Virus record (IMG/VR): IMGVR_UViG_3300005613_000065
Location: 1-62,467 of that record
Source: a virus
Taxonomy: Duplodnaviria > Caudoviricetes
Length of the DNA: 62,467 nucleotides
Reading direction: 5' to 3' (one strand)
The translations under genes were made by a program, and so were the position numbers. The notes below the pieces were generated by a model. It saw only the letters and a list, made by a program, of their open reading frames with translations. It did not search any database and had not been told where the DNA came from. Positions 34,701-43,900 of this stretch are shown here, piece by piece. Each line of letters begins with the position of its first letter. Positions within the stretch are counted from its first letter, which is position 1.

Positions 34701-37700
34701 TATGGAACTTATACTGGAACAGAGTTTGATAAGAAAACTGCATTTAAACTGAATCATAATAGTCTTCCAATATTTGAAAGAACATTTGAGGGAAATAGTT
34801 CATCTGTTGTAAACATTAACAACAATCAAGTAATTCTTGATGATCATTATTTTGTAACTGGTGAAAAAGTCACTTATAATTATGAAAATTCCTCTCAATC
34901 AACAGCTAATGCAATTGGTATTGTGACAACATCAGTATTAGGAATATCAACAGACAAATTACCATCTACTCTTTATATTGTTAAGTATAGTAATAGAAGT
35001 GTAGGTTTTGCAAAAAGTGCTGCAGATGCATTATTACCAACTCCAATTACTTTAGATATTACAAATCTTGGTATTGGTACATTCCATCAGATTGTATCGA
35101 CAAATCAAAATGCAAGAGCTCTCTTAGCAATTGATAATATGGTACAAGCACCTGTTACACAGGTAAAAATTGATACTCAATTAGATCAGAATATAATATT
35201 TGATGTTGATTTTACAGTAACTGGTATTTCATCATTTAAGTCAAATGATCTCATACAGATTGATGACGAAATTATGCTGATTCAAAATATTGGAGTTGGA
35301 GCTACAAATAAATTTAAAGTCTTAAGGGCTCAGTTAGGAACAGAAGTTGCATCTCATAATATTGGAACTTCTGTAAATCTTCTTGGTGGTAATTATAATA
35401 TTGTAGATAATACTGTACATTTTGCTTCCGCACCATATGGTGCTACTCCAATTGGAACAACAACTGGAAGTCCAGATGAAAGAGATTGGTCTGGTATTAC
35501 AACCTATTCTTCTTTTCAAGGAAGAACTTTTATGAGAAGTGGAATTCAAAATGACACTGTTGATACTTATAGTACAAATTATACTTTTGATAATATACAA
35601 AGTCAATTTGATGGTCAAAAGAAAGTATTCACTGTTACTTCTGAAGGTAATAATATTACTGGATTTGCAACAAATCAAGCTATTGTCCTAAATTCTAATA
35701 TTCTTCAGGAACCTCAAGGTGCTCAATCATCAGTAGGAGATTATAGTTTCCTTGAAGTTGCTGGTGTCACAAGTATTACCTATCTTGGTGATAGTGTTTC
35801 ATCTGAAGATGATCCAAATAGAGCTACAATACCTAGAGGTGGATCTATTATATCAGTTGGTTCAACTCCTGGTTTTGGTTATCAACCATTAGTCTCTGCT
35901 GGTGCATCAGTATTTGTTTCAGCAGCAGGAACTATTACATCAATAAGTATTGGAAATAGTGGTTCTGGGTATAGGACAGGAATACATACAGTAAATGTTG
36001 GTATTATTACTTCTACAACAGGAATAGCCACAGTAACAAATATTGGTGTTGCTAATGTAAGTGGAGGTATTGTAACAAGTATTACATTAACTGGTTTTGG
36101 AACTGAGTTAGATGAAAATAATCCTCCAACTGTTGTTATCGATGCTCCACTTCCATACTCTGGAATTCCTCTTGTTTATAGTTCTGATTCACCAGCTGGT
36201 GTTGGTACTGGAGCAAAAGTTGATATTCTTGTTGGACAAGGATCAAGTGTCGTAAATTTTGAGATAGTAAGTCCAGGATTCGGATATAAAGAGGGTGAAA
36301 TACTCCGACTTTCTATAGGAGGGACTACTGGTATTCAAACAGACATAAGTCTTCCATATTCTGAGTTTCAACTTTCTGTTTCTGAAGTTTATAGAGATAC
36401 ATTTAATGGATTTACAATAGGTGAACTTGATGTGTTTGATAGTTTAGATGAACTATTTGATGGAGAAAGAACCAGATTTCCATTAACAATTGCAGATGAA
36501 CAGTATGCTATTGAATCTCCTAAAGGATCGAATATTAATATAGTACAAACACTAATTGTTACTATTAATGATATTCTTCAAATTCCTGGAGAGGCTTATA
36601 GATTTACTGGTGGAAGTATAATTGAATTTGCCGATCCTCCAAAAGAGGGTGATACTTCTAAGATTATTTTCTATAAAGGAACACCTGATGTTGATGTTGT
36701 ATTAGTAGATATACTTGAAACTGTAAAAGTTGGTGATACTCTCCAATTAAAAAATAATTCTTCAAAAGGTCAATCTTTTGGATTATACCAGGATCCCAGA
36801 ACTGTCATAGGAATTACAACTCTAGATACTGTAAAAACTTTAGCATATGAAGGTCCAGGTATTACTACAAATCAAAGTTTAGTTAGACCTGTAGAGTGGT
36901 GTAAACAAAGAAATGATATAGTAATAAATGGTGATTTTGTAACTAAAGATAGAGTTGAATATGAACCAATCATATATCCAGTTTCATACTTAACAAGTTA
37001 TGTTGGTATTACGAGTTCTTATGTATATGTTGATACTGTAAGACCACTTTTTGATTCTGCAAATGAAACATCTCTTCTTGATTATCAAGATAGAGTTACG
37101 ATCACTGATCAGGGTGAAATAGATCCAGCCACAGCAATTGCAGTTGTAAATAATGGTTCTGTTTCATATTTTAGTATGACAAATGTTGGTGCTGGTTATT
37201 CAAGACTTACAAATCCAACAGTTTCAATTTCAAAACCTGATGATCCTTCTGGAATAACTGCTACTGCTATGGCAATTGTAGTTGGTGATAGAGTTGCATC
37301 CTTACAAATTGCAAATCCAGGTTCTGGTTATATACAATCTCCTCAAGTTCTTATTGAAGTTCCAAATGTAAGAAAAGAGCAAATTGGTGTTTCTTCTTAT
37401 TATGGTGATCAAGGTGTAATAGTAGGTTATGCATTTTCTTCTGGTGGTCTTACAACACTTGAACTTCATATTCCTGAAGATTCATATATGAGAGATCCTA
37501 ATATTGCTGGTATTGCAGTAACTTTAAGTGCTTTGAATTCTGGAGACATATTTGTTGTCAACAAATCTAATTTTGGTATTTTCGAAAGTGATAATTTTGA
37601 CAATATATATCAAGTCACTAATGCATATAATATTACAAAAGATCTCAGTAGTGTAGGTTTAGGGACTACTACTATAAGAAGAGTTGAATTTGTACAGTCT

Positions 37701-37967
37701 GGAATTGGATCGACCAATTTCTCATCAACTAGTATTTTCTTTGATTCAAGTATTACTACTTGGGATGACCAGGCAGGAGCTTATTCTGGATTAGGATCTT
37801 TCTTTAATGAAAGAATATATGGTGAATACACTTGGGGTAAAATAGAATTTGTCAATAGAGATGTATCAAATTCTTTAGTATTTTATCCTGAAAATTATCC
37901 AAATTTATCTTCGGCTCCACTTGTATCTAGATTTAGGCCATTAAGGTTTAATAACTACACTCTATAA
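25800..37967 (+). CDS. g7: baseplate wedge initiator gp7 (cyanophage-type, 4055 aa)
   Basis: follows gp6; FYKSKGT, HSPIVGWAYDGNPIYGPYG (YHYH-like), YYQNFSYSLKS..H.AGF motifs; repeated G.GY domains. Confidence 0.85.
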   Translation: MTVDRVKFQEIVSSQLPRYVREDYPLLPEFLEQYYISQEYQSGPIDIINNIDQYVKVDELYNLVSSTTLSSDLNYTSTTIDVDSTEGFNDNNGLIQIDDEIIFYKSKTPTSFVNCSRGFSGITTYITSGSPDQLTFSTSEIDAHSSGSTVHNLNILFLQQFFKKLKRQVIPGFTERNLYSGLDQRNFIFNSDSFYKSKGTNQSFEILFRALYGEDVEIIKPSQYLFTPSNADYKVTKDYVVERYSGDPLELKDLTIFQPLTGARGSVTNVQQIPYENYQYYQISVDSGYSRDTDVTGSIYGEFKPNPLTKILNNVSVGATVIDVDSTIGFPEYGNLQTYDIDNQIVGIAYSGKTSNQFFNVDGVITEISKKTNISLDSYSYAYVGIDTSQQIRVKFTSTLKDFVQNKPNYYYLRDDTVKIKSLGYEVSGKKYNNYVLNIKTKWKVAELEVVDINAFSYQFIFYEKHFLQEGYSVLIENFDGSYSIPGTVVRIVSDTEVIINFTQSIRLPEEYYIENQLLRGNSLKYSYLNNYIGNVQNTYAKFNGDLLVASNSIPNYYNLQINPYSKKITFSTSLISTDTLTLPVNPSSIPDHGFYTGDSIYFESNGNGFEGIPSGSYFVYRVNEKSIKLSRSKADLFKKIYLIFNGSVIDASISYLEFYKKNIEPQGIYRKITSPVNQSKNNITEAGYTGIFVNGVELCNYKSQNSVYYGNIVDFTITSGGEGYDIINPPVLNINDDIGVGATGNCNVRGDLKRLDVIDGGLGYYAPPTITIAGGNGTGASAEARMISIVHENSFIANSPLQVNLTTDEIIFTDDHKFSDGESVIYEPRSTKVITGLTTESQYFIQVTGQNSVKLHTTSSDAIAGINTVDITEYGEGTQYFVASKLKQVVSSVVITNPGINYENKKRTIPSVGVNTASNRVEIKSHGYQSKEIVRYYEGTPKVSELREDKDYYVVKVNDNEFSLTEVGIGTISRDYYYDNGIIINFSNPGLGSFNYPPITVTVEGAAASYDKTFVEDFQELFIIESPIVENIITPSNILAWTDTVAEIETPCSIYTLISDGSNWLISEYPFIGNILLYDAKVQPIFRGSIESIDLTNGGVGYGSSDIIDFVRQPEVTFESGTGAKLTPIINNGKIVDVIVNIPGSGYNSPPDLNIISDTGDYAILVPIISNGQIERVVVSKGGVGYEAGKTTIDVIPAGSAARVNTNINSWNVNLFERNYNNILDDDGFIQENISNENLQYSSLYLPRALRKSLNSVNGFDKDNIKYGSFDLTINSNEEEIDNLYHSPIVGWAYDGNPIYGPYGFSNIDGTGSIKRMESGYKLRTTSINRPSYDAFPNGFFVDDYIFTGNGDLDIYNGRFCVTPDFPNGVYAYFCTISENIDSSGPFNKFRRPIFPYVIGNSYKSNPIEFNFRSISNQTDFDIESDGWLRNTTYYSTNGGNREYDYIFNSNKIRQQSLDVTSTTKGSIDSLTILDSGKNYKVNDKVIFDTTGTEGRNVNWKVSKVKGKPVDNVSLATTFFDEVEFTSSTINTRFVGLTSQPHNFLINDTVFIDSLSFDFKNFSGSYNIGVSSSRWYTSLGIPTDTVTGIVTFIYVSGLLNPSTISSNDIVRIEGEKFKVLNIDTNSNRLRVIRGYDNTLSVAHSAGTLVRDDPRKIIFTAASISTTKYLPTNKEYYFAPNESLGIGTNSVGSATTITFSNPGVGITQIILDQQQVYFPDHDLELNTPMIYYTNGGTSIQCWSGVTSTSIFSLESERNIFAVPISKDIIGIATVRVGIDSISGNYVGVGSQTGGLLYFTNSVGLGSYHSFKTNKLSVLKGRVSKNVVTVSTAQTHGLKRGDRITMDLNPKNTIKIDVLYNDYNRRIVFDPDTVEPTGINTFLNTFTVPSNKYRLGDKIIYTSNDPSQNLDDNGLYYVYPQENDKIKLVKNVSELRKQNPKFINVGSATTGTISRINPEVRIQKNQNIRFNLSDSSLSFVSSGLRYSAFDMFIYSDSEYMNKFWIANESESFEVTKSGVIGVDTNAYLNLYVSENIPNNLKYNFELDNVDIITPVKERILIDNTVFNNNQLNVIKNKFDGDFSVVGVSSLTFDYNIPFNRDTVTSYGSTNSVISYDTTSRTAFGPISKLYPLNKGIGYKSLPGFTSVRSNTGTGALIQPNSTTIGSIINWKFNYIGFGYPSDKTLNAVANLPEILKIDPLVSFESIGINSSGVNYSTAPDLVVVDGVTNKQITDVDLTYELEDNEVTILQNTISLNNVPPSIIPINNSSNYGISSVTYSPSNKVVRLTLSKQFSDEKDWPFKIGESIIVENIAIGFGTDGKGYNSENYEYALFEVIGLDSQLGGAGAYVEYSLSDYLENGEYPGNVTSVYAATITPQSFFPIFESKLKISNFLSGEKVFTDNSVGVVERWDPVSEYLFVTTQDDLKIGDIIQSETSQIKSTISSKIDFDSIIELGVGATFIDGWQTNSGFLNDNLQVLPNNEYYQNFSYSLKSRVDYDTWNDPVSALNHTAGFEKFADLVIDNDAVGIVSAVDIDVETVIDLIGEGSLSCFPDFDDATETTLRIGSGKIVSNEIIFENRILVDYFESRGNRVLDIDDFSDQFNSNARSTSYSIVDFFDDKFTFNKIFTLVQDTELRDRKQFSIVSVLQNKDLGYINQYGVLDTITPLGYFDYIDAGDQWGLAFYPNLFEYNNYQISYFTFSGLDNVVGINSTNLGDVVQISTASTNVSVGTTTNIVSISSTYRAAKLLVQLEDQDNNYFGNELNILNTGSTVNILQYGDIDSNIGITSFSGFGTYFAYLDGGQIKVDIIPTVGTAVTANTSVVAISTSGSTGVSTTNLVVTNLSSYSVAIASSSSPVAEIVASYSDPFSCEYYIVSVEDITNNEYELFEINVLNNDSNQSYVEFAKINTSSGLGTVGVSTSGTETNLIYTPIPNIDVEIRAFGISLKNYNNIVGISSIDLNNNILFSEYGTYTGTEFDKKTAFKLNHNSLPIFERTFEGNSSSVVNINNNQVILDDHYFVTGEKVTYNYENSSQSTANAIGIVTTSVLGISTDKLPSTLYIVKYSNRSVGFAKSAADALLPTPITLDITNLGIGTFHQIVSTNQNARALLAIDNMVQAPVTQVKIDTQLDQNIIFDVDFTVTGISSFKSNDLIQIDDEIMLIQNIGVGATNKFKVLRAQLGTEVASHNIGTSVNLLGGNYNIVDNTVHFASAPYGATPIGTTTGSPDERDWSGITTYSSFQGRTFMRSGIQNDTVDTYSTNYTFDNIQSQFDGQKKVFTVTSEGNNITGFATNQAIVLNSNILQEPQGAQSSVGDYSFLEVAGVTSITYLGDSVSSEDDPNRATIPRGGSIISVGSTPGFGYQPLVSAGASVFVSAAGTITSISIGNSGSGYRTGIHTVNVGIITSTTGIATVTNIGVANVSGGIVTSITLTGFGTELDENNPPTVVIDAPLPYSGIPLVYSSDSPAGVGTGAKVDILVGQGSSVVNFEIVSPGFGYKEGEILRLSIGGTTGIQTDISLPYSEFQLSVSEVYRDTFNGFTIGELDVFDSLDELFDGERTRFPLTIADEQYAIESPKGSNINIVQTLIVTINDILQIPGEAYRFTGGSIIEFADPPKEGDTSKIIFYKGTPDVDVVLVDILETVKVGDTLQLKNNSSKGQSFGLYQDPRTVIGITTLDTVKTLAYEGPGITTNQSLVRPVEWCKQRNDIVINGDFVTKDRVEYEPIIYPVSYLTSYVGITSSYVYVDTVRPLFDSANETSLLDYQDRVTITDQGEIDPATAIAVVNNGSVSYFSMTNVGAGYSRLTNPTVSISKPDDPSGITATAMAIVVGDRVASLQIANPGSGYIQSPQVLIEVPNVRKEQIGVSSYYGDQGVIVGYAFSSGGLTTLELHIPEDSYMRDPNIAGIAVTLSALNSGDIFVVNKSNFGIFESDNFDNIYQVTNAYNITKDLSSVGLGTTTIRRVEFVQSGIGSTNFSSTSIFFDSSITTWDDQAGAYSGLGSFFNERIYGEYTWGKIEFVNRDVSNSLVFYPENYPNLSSAPLVSRFRPLRFNNYTL

Positions 37968-38003
37968 AAATAAATAAAACATAGCAAAGGACTTTTATAA
38001 AAG

Positions 38004-39323
38004 ATGGCATACCAAGGTATTAACACTGGTACTTCTCCTAATAGTGGAACAGGTGATTCACTTATTGTTGGTGGTCAAAAAATTAATAGTAATTTTTTAG
38101 AAATTTATAATGTAATTGGTGATGGGTCCGATTTGTTTGTTGGTATTGTTACTCAAATATCTGCGGGAACAAACGTAAGTATTTCTACAGCATATGGTGC
38201 TGTTCAAATTTCTGCTCCTACACCATCTAATATATCTGCTACAAATCTCAATATTACTGGTATTACTACCTTAGGTTCATCCAATGGTATTGGAACAGTC
38301 ACTATTGGAACTGGTAGTACTGCACTTTATGTTGATGGAAATGCAAGAATCGTAGGTGTTTTAACTGTAGGGTCAACATCAATTGTTCTTGATGGTGATA
38401 GTAATCTTGTAAATGTTGGAAGTGCTGTGACCATTGATGGTCAAAATAGTATATTTTATATGGGTGATTCTATTACATTAAATGCTACAACTGGAATCAT
38501 CACTGCAAATTCACTTATAATTGGTAATAATGAGTTTACTGGTACGGGAAATACATTCAATACACTTACTGTAACGGGAATCTCAACTCTTACTGGAGAT
38601 GTAAGTTGTGGATCTTCTATTTTGATTGGTGATGATAAAAAAATTATTTTAGGAGATAATGATGAATTTGATCTTTATCATAATGACTCGGATGGCAATA
38701 TAATTAGAGATAAAATTGGTAACTTAAATATTTTGAGTGATAGTATTAACTTTAAGAGTGGAGCAGGAACAACTGAAGTTTTACTCACAAATACAAACAA
38801 TGAATATAACGTAGAACTTTATTATAATGGTACAAAAAGACTTGATACAAGACCTGCTGGTGTTAGAGTTACTGGAAATCTGAATGTAACTGGAGTTTCT
38901 ACTTTAGGTATTATAACAGGAGCAACTTATTACGGTAATGGTTCTAATTTATCACTTACTGGTGCCGATGGCTCTGGTTTAACTGGAGTTATTACTTCTC
39001 TTACTGGACAAGATGGCTCTGGTTTAACTGGGATTACGACATTAATATCTGCGGGTGATAATATCACTATCAATACAAATTCAGGTATTACAACTATTTC
39101 TGGAATTTCCACTCAACATATAAATTCTGATTCACTGGTTGTATCTGGTATTTCAACTTTAGGAGTTGTAACTTCATCGTCTCAGACAACTACTGGAATA
39201 GTTACCGCCTTAGGTGGTTTTATTAGTGGAGTTTCAACTTCAGCAGTTCAGATTACATTTTCGGGAAATATTCTTACTTTCACTGTTGTTGGTGTTGGTT
39301 CAACTAACCTTATACTTTCCTGA
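38004..39323 (+). CDS. virion structural/fibre protein with gp9/gp10-like N-terminus
   Basis: GT.PN.GTGDSL..GG.KINSNF; GITTLG-rich beta repeats; AATAAATA 37969-37976. Confidence 0.75.
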   Translation: MAYQGINTGTSPNSGTGDSLIVGGQKINSNFLEIYNVIGDGSDLFVGIVTQISAGTNVSISTAYGAVQISAPTPSNISATNLNITGITTLGSSNGIGTVTIGTGSTALYVDGNARIVGVLTVGSTSIVLDGDSNLVNVGSAVTIDGQNSIFYMGDSITLNATTGIITANSLIIGNNEFTGTGNTFNTLTVTGISTLTGDVSCGSSILIGDDKKIILGDNDEFDLYHNDSDGNIIRDKIGNLNILSDSINFKSGAGTTEVLLTNTNNEYNVELYYNGTKRLDTRPAGVRVTGNLNVTGVSTLGIITGATYYGNGSNLSLTGADGSGLTGVITSLTGQDGSGLTGITTLISAGDNITINTNSGITTISGISTQHINSDSLVVSGISTLGVVTSSSQTTTGIVTALGGFISGVSTSAVQITFSGNILTFTVVGVGSTNLILS

Positions 39324-39348
39324 TAAATAAAAAGAAAGTCCTATAAAA

Positions 39349-40908
39349 ATGGCAGCGATAATTACTGATCAACTTCGTATATTAAATGCTAAGAATTTTG
39401 TTGGATCTGTTCAAGATTCATCAAATTCATATTATGCATGGATTGGTTTACCAGATTCTAAAGAGTTTCAAAGTAATTGGGATTCAGATCCTCCCGCACC
39501 AAAAGATAATTTAGATGATTCCAATTATTATTGGGACACTATGATTGCTTTGAAAAAAATTAATTCGGGAGATGTAAGTCAGGTCATAAGAAAAGTTACT
39601 TGGCAATCAGGAACCACATATGATATGTGGAGAAATGATATTGATAGAGATAATCCTTCACTTCCTTCTGGAGCATTTGATATCTATGATTCAAATTTTT
39701 ATGTAATGAATAGTGAATATAAAGTTTATATCTGTCTTTATAATAATGCAAATCCAGAAAATAGTTTTAGAGGTGGTCCATCTTTAGATGAACCAAATTT
39801 CACTGATTTAGAACCTAGAGAAGCAGGAAGTAGTGGTGATGGTTATATTTGGAAGTATTTGTATACTATAAAACCAAATCGAATTATTAAATTTGATTCT
39901 ACAAATTATATTCCTGTACCATCAGATTGGGAAACTAATTCCTCTTATAGTGCGGTTAGAGAAAATGCCTCTACAAGTGGACAAATAAAAATCGTTACTA
40001 TTAGAAATAGAGGTGTTGGTATTGGAACAGCAAATGTAACTTATACTAGAGTTCCTATTTTAGGTGATGGTAGAGGTGCTGAGGCAACAGTTGTAATCAA
40101 TAATGATGCGAAAGTAGAATCAGTAACTATCTCAAGAGGGGGAAATGGTTATTCTTTTGGTACTTTAGATTTGAAAACTGGAGGTGTACCTTCTGGTACT
40201 ATTGATCCAGTTTTTGATGTTATTATTCCTCCTCCAGGAGGTCATGGTGCAGATATTTATAGGGAACTTGGAGCATATAACGTTTTATCATATGCAAGAT
40301 TTGAAAATGATACACAAAATCCAGATTTTATTACTGGAAATCAATTTTCTCAGGTTGGAATTGTAAAAAATCCATCAAATTATGGATCATCTTCAAATCT
40401 TACGAGAGATAAAGCAAGTGCGGTTTATGCTCTTAAATTAACTGGTACTGGATATAGTGAGGCTTCATTCACGGCAGACTCTTTTATAACTCAAACTGTT
40501 GGTTTGGGTTCAACAGCTGTAGGCAAAGTTGTTTCGTATGATCCACAAACAGGTATTCTTAAGTATTGGCAAGATAGACGTACTGCAGGATTTAATACAG
40601 ATGGGACAAAGAATACGTCTCCAACTTATGGGTTTAGTCAGTTAAAGTTTACTGTAGATCCTACTTTTGGAGGAAGTGTGAGTATTGTACCAACAACTGG
40701 AAACACATTAAATATAGATGTAAGTTTTTCTGGTGTTTCTACCACAATAAATAGTAGGACATATTATTTGGGTCAAGAATTCACAAAAGGTATTTCTAAC
40801 CCAGAAACACAAAAATATTCTGGTGACATCATATATGTTGATAATAGACCTTCTGTCACTAGATCTTCTTCACAAAAAGAAGATATTAAAGTCATCTTGC
40901 AATTTTAA
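39349..40908 (+). CDS. g8: baseplate wedge protein gp8
   Basis: AIITDQLRILNA, YKVYICL.N, DGYIWKYLYTI, SGDIIYVDNR; GATAAATA 39322-39329. Confidence 0.9.
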   Translation: MAAIITDQLRILNAKNFVGSVQDSSNSYYAWIGLPDSKEFQSNWDSDPPAPKDNLDDSNYYWDTMIALKKINSGDVSQVIRKVTWQSGTTYDMWRNDIDRDNPSLPSGAFDIYDSNFYVMNSEYKVYICLYNNANPENSFRGGPSLDEPNFTDLEPREAGSSGDGYIWKYLYTIKPNRIIKFDSTNYIPVPSDWETNSSYSAVRENASTSGQIKIVTIRNRGVGIGTANVTYTRVPILGDGRGAEATVVINNDAKVESVTISRGGNGYSFGTLDLKTGGVPSGTIDPVFDVIIPPPGGHGADIYRELGAYNVLSYARFENDTQNPDFITGNQFSQVGIVKNPSNYGSSSNLTRDKASAVYALKLTGTGYSEASFTADSFITQTVGLGSTAVGKVVSYDPQTGILKYWQDRRTAGFNTDGTKNTSPTYGFSQLKFTVDPTFGGSVSIVPTTGNTLNIDVSFSGVSTTINSRTYYLGQEFTKGISNPETQKYSGDIIYVDNRPSVTRSSSQKEDIKVILQF

Positions 40909-40913
40909 AAGAT

Positions 40914-43900
40914 ATGCCACAGGAAACTAATCTCAACGTTGCACCTTACTTTGATGATTTTGATCCGCAACAAAATTATTACAAAGTTTTATTTAAACCT
41001 GGATTTCCTGTTCAGGCAAGAGAATTAACAGGATTACAATCCATACTTCAAAATCAAATTGAAGATATGGGTAGTCATTTCTTTAAAGAAGGTGCAAAAG
41101 TTATTCCTGGAGATCTTACATATATACAAAATTTTTATTGTATTCAGATTGAACCTGAATTTTTAGGAGTTCCAGTAGGAATTTATCTTGATCAACTTGT
41201 TGGCACTTTAATTACGGGACAGACATCTGGCGTTACAGCAAAAGTTGTAACTTATATTACAAATGAAGAATCTGAGAGAGGAGTATATACACTTTATTTG
41301 AACTACGAGAATTCAAGTTCAAATGATGATGAAATAAGTACATTTTTAAGTGGGGAAATATTACTTACAAATACAAATATAACTTATGCATCTACTTTTA
41401 TCTCATCTGGTGAAGGTTTTGCAACAACAATTCCTCAAAATGCCCCAGCAATAGGTTCCTCTTTTAATATCTCTCAAGGAATTTACTTTTTAAGAGGTTA
41501 TTTTGTTGATGTCACAACTCAAACACTCATTCTTGATCAATATTCAAATAATCCATCCTATAGAGTAGGACTTGATGTTATAGAGGAGATTATTTCATCG
41601 GATGTTGATCCTTCTCTTAATGATAATGCACGAGGATTCAATAATTTTACTGCTCCAGGTGCAGATAGATTAAAAATAACTCCAATTTTATCAAAAAAAC
41701 CAGTAGGAAGTTTTGATGAAGCCAATTTTGTTCAACTTGCTGAAGTAAATAATGGAACTTTAAGAGCCGTTAATACAAATACTGATTATAATTTTATTGG
41801 AGATGAATTTGCTAGAAGAACTTATGATGAATCTGGTCATTACTATGTAAAAGAATTTGTAACAACTGTTAAAAATAGTTTAAATGATGGCGAAGGAAAT
41901 CGTGGGTTATTTACAAAAGATCAGGTTACAAGTCAAGGCAATACTCCCTCTGATAGTTTAGGTATATATAAAATTTCTCCAGGTAAGGCATATGTTAAGG
42001 GATATGAAGTAGAAACCATATCTCCCACACTATTGGATTTTAAAAAACCAAGAACTGTCAAAAATATAAAAAATCAAGCTGTTAATTTTGGTTTTGGACC
42101 AACATTGAGTGTTAATAGAGTTTATGGTTCACCAACTATCGGAATCAACACTACAAATACTCTAAGTCTTAGAAGTAAAAGAGTGGGTTCGGATCAAGAA
42201 GTAGCACCTGGAAAGGAAGTTGGAATAGCAAGAATTTATGATTTTGCTCTTGAATCTGGATCTTATGATACTAATTTTCCCAATTTAAATGTTTGGGATT
42301 TATCATTGTTTGATGTACAAACTTATACTGATATTTCTTTAAATGAACCAGTTACATTAAATACATCGGTTTATATTAAAGGAGAATATAGTGGTGCTAC
42401 TGGTTATTTAAAATCTTCTGTTTCTGCAGGAACAGCTTTAACTGCTTATGGTGTAAATGGGGACTTTTTTAGAGGTGAAAGACTTATTTTTAATGGAGTT
42501 CTTGATGACTCAAGATTTGTAACGGGTTCTAAAAACTATTCTATTTCTGATGTTAAGTCTGTTTTTGGTATTGTAGGAAGTGCTACAACCTTCACTGCTG
42601 ATACAATTCAATCTCCAACATATAATATTGGAAATGCATCAGTATCACCTCAAGTAGCTAATTCTTCCAGAATTTCAATTCCAGTAAATCCTGGTTTTTC
42701 ATTCGTCGGTATTGTTACTGTAGGTAATCTTGTCAGGTTCTCAAGATCATCTCTTGACACAACAACATTTGCAAGAGTTACTGGAGTAGGTAGAACAAAC
42801 TTTACGGTAACAGGAATTACTACTGTGAGTGGTGTAGTTGATGGAGGTCTTCCATCGACTACTGAAAGTATATCTAATTTACAAGTAATTAGTACAAGAA
42901 TTCAGAGTAATGTTGGATCTGGTAATATTACCAGTAATGAATCTCTTTACAGTGCATTTCCAAAGAAAAATATTGCTTCGGTAAATCTCACCAATTCTGA
43001 ATTGGTTATTAGAAGACAGTTTACTACTAACATTACTAATGGATCTACTCCTGCAATTAGTGCAAGTGATAATGAAGTATTCTTACCATTTGATGAAGAA
43101 AGATATACATTGATAAGATCAGATGGAACTACAGAAGTATTAACGGAAGATAAGTTTAGTCTTACAAATGGTTCAACAACCCTTCAAATTAATGGATTGG
43201 GATCAAATGATACTAATTCAAAACTTATCACTACACTAAGAAAAAGTAATATTAAATCAAAAGTAAAATTAAAATCCGTTTCTAACAGTATTATTATTGA
43301 TAAATCAAATATTTCAGCTTCTGGGATTGGAAGTACAACTTTAAATGATGGTTTGATTTATGGAAACTATCCATTTGGTACAAGAGTGCAGGATGAAATT
43401 ATATCACTTAATACACCAGATGTAATTAAAATTTATGGTATATTTGAATCTAATGACATAACTGATCCAGTATGTCCAAGTATGACCACTTCTCAGATGG
43501 ATGGCATTACAAAAACCACCAATGATTTAATTGTTGGAGAGACATTAACTGGTCAAGTTTCTGGAGCTAAAGCTGTTTATTTGGAAAAAATAGACGATGG
43601 TGGTATTAATTATGTTTATTTAAATAATGTTACTTTCCAAAATGGAGAGATTGTTTCTTTTGAAAAATCTAATGTTAATGCAATTGTTGCAGATGTAAGT
43701 CTTGGTTCTAAAAATATAACAAAGAATTTTAAATTTTCAAATGGACAAAAAGGTGGTTTTTATGATTATTCAAGAATATTAAGAAAGGGAAGTGTTGGCA
43801 TTCCTTCAAGAAAACTAAGAGTTTATTATTCTACTGCAAATTATTCTACATCAGATGAAGGTGATATTACTACAACCAATTCTTACGTGAATTTCAATTA

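Noticed and set aside
25800-37967. 4055-aa giant ORF as a novelty
   Set aside because: Very large gp7 proteins are normal in T4-like cyanophages.
38955-39035. LTGxDGSGLTG duplicated motif
   Set aside because: Ordinary fibre-protein repeat.
37988-39342. AGGACTTT / AAAGTCCT inverted 8-mers flanking the fibre-like gene
   Set aside because: Too short to exceed chance in AT-rich DNA; no invertase nearby.
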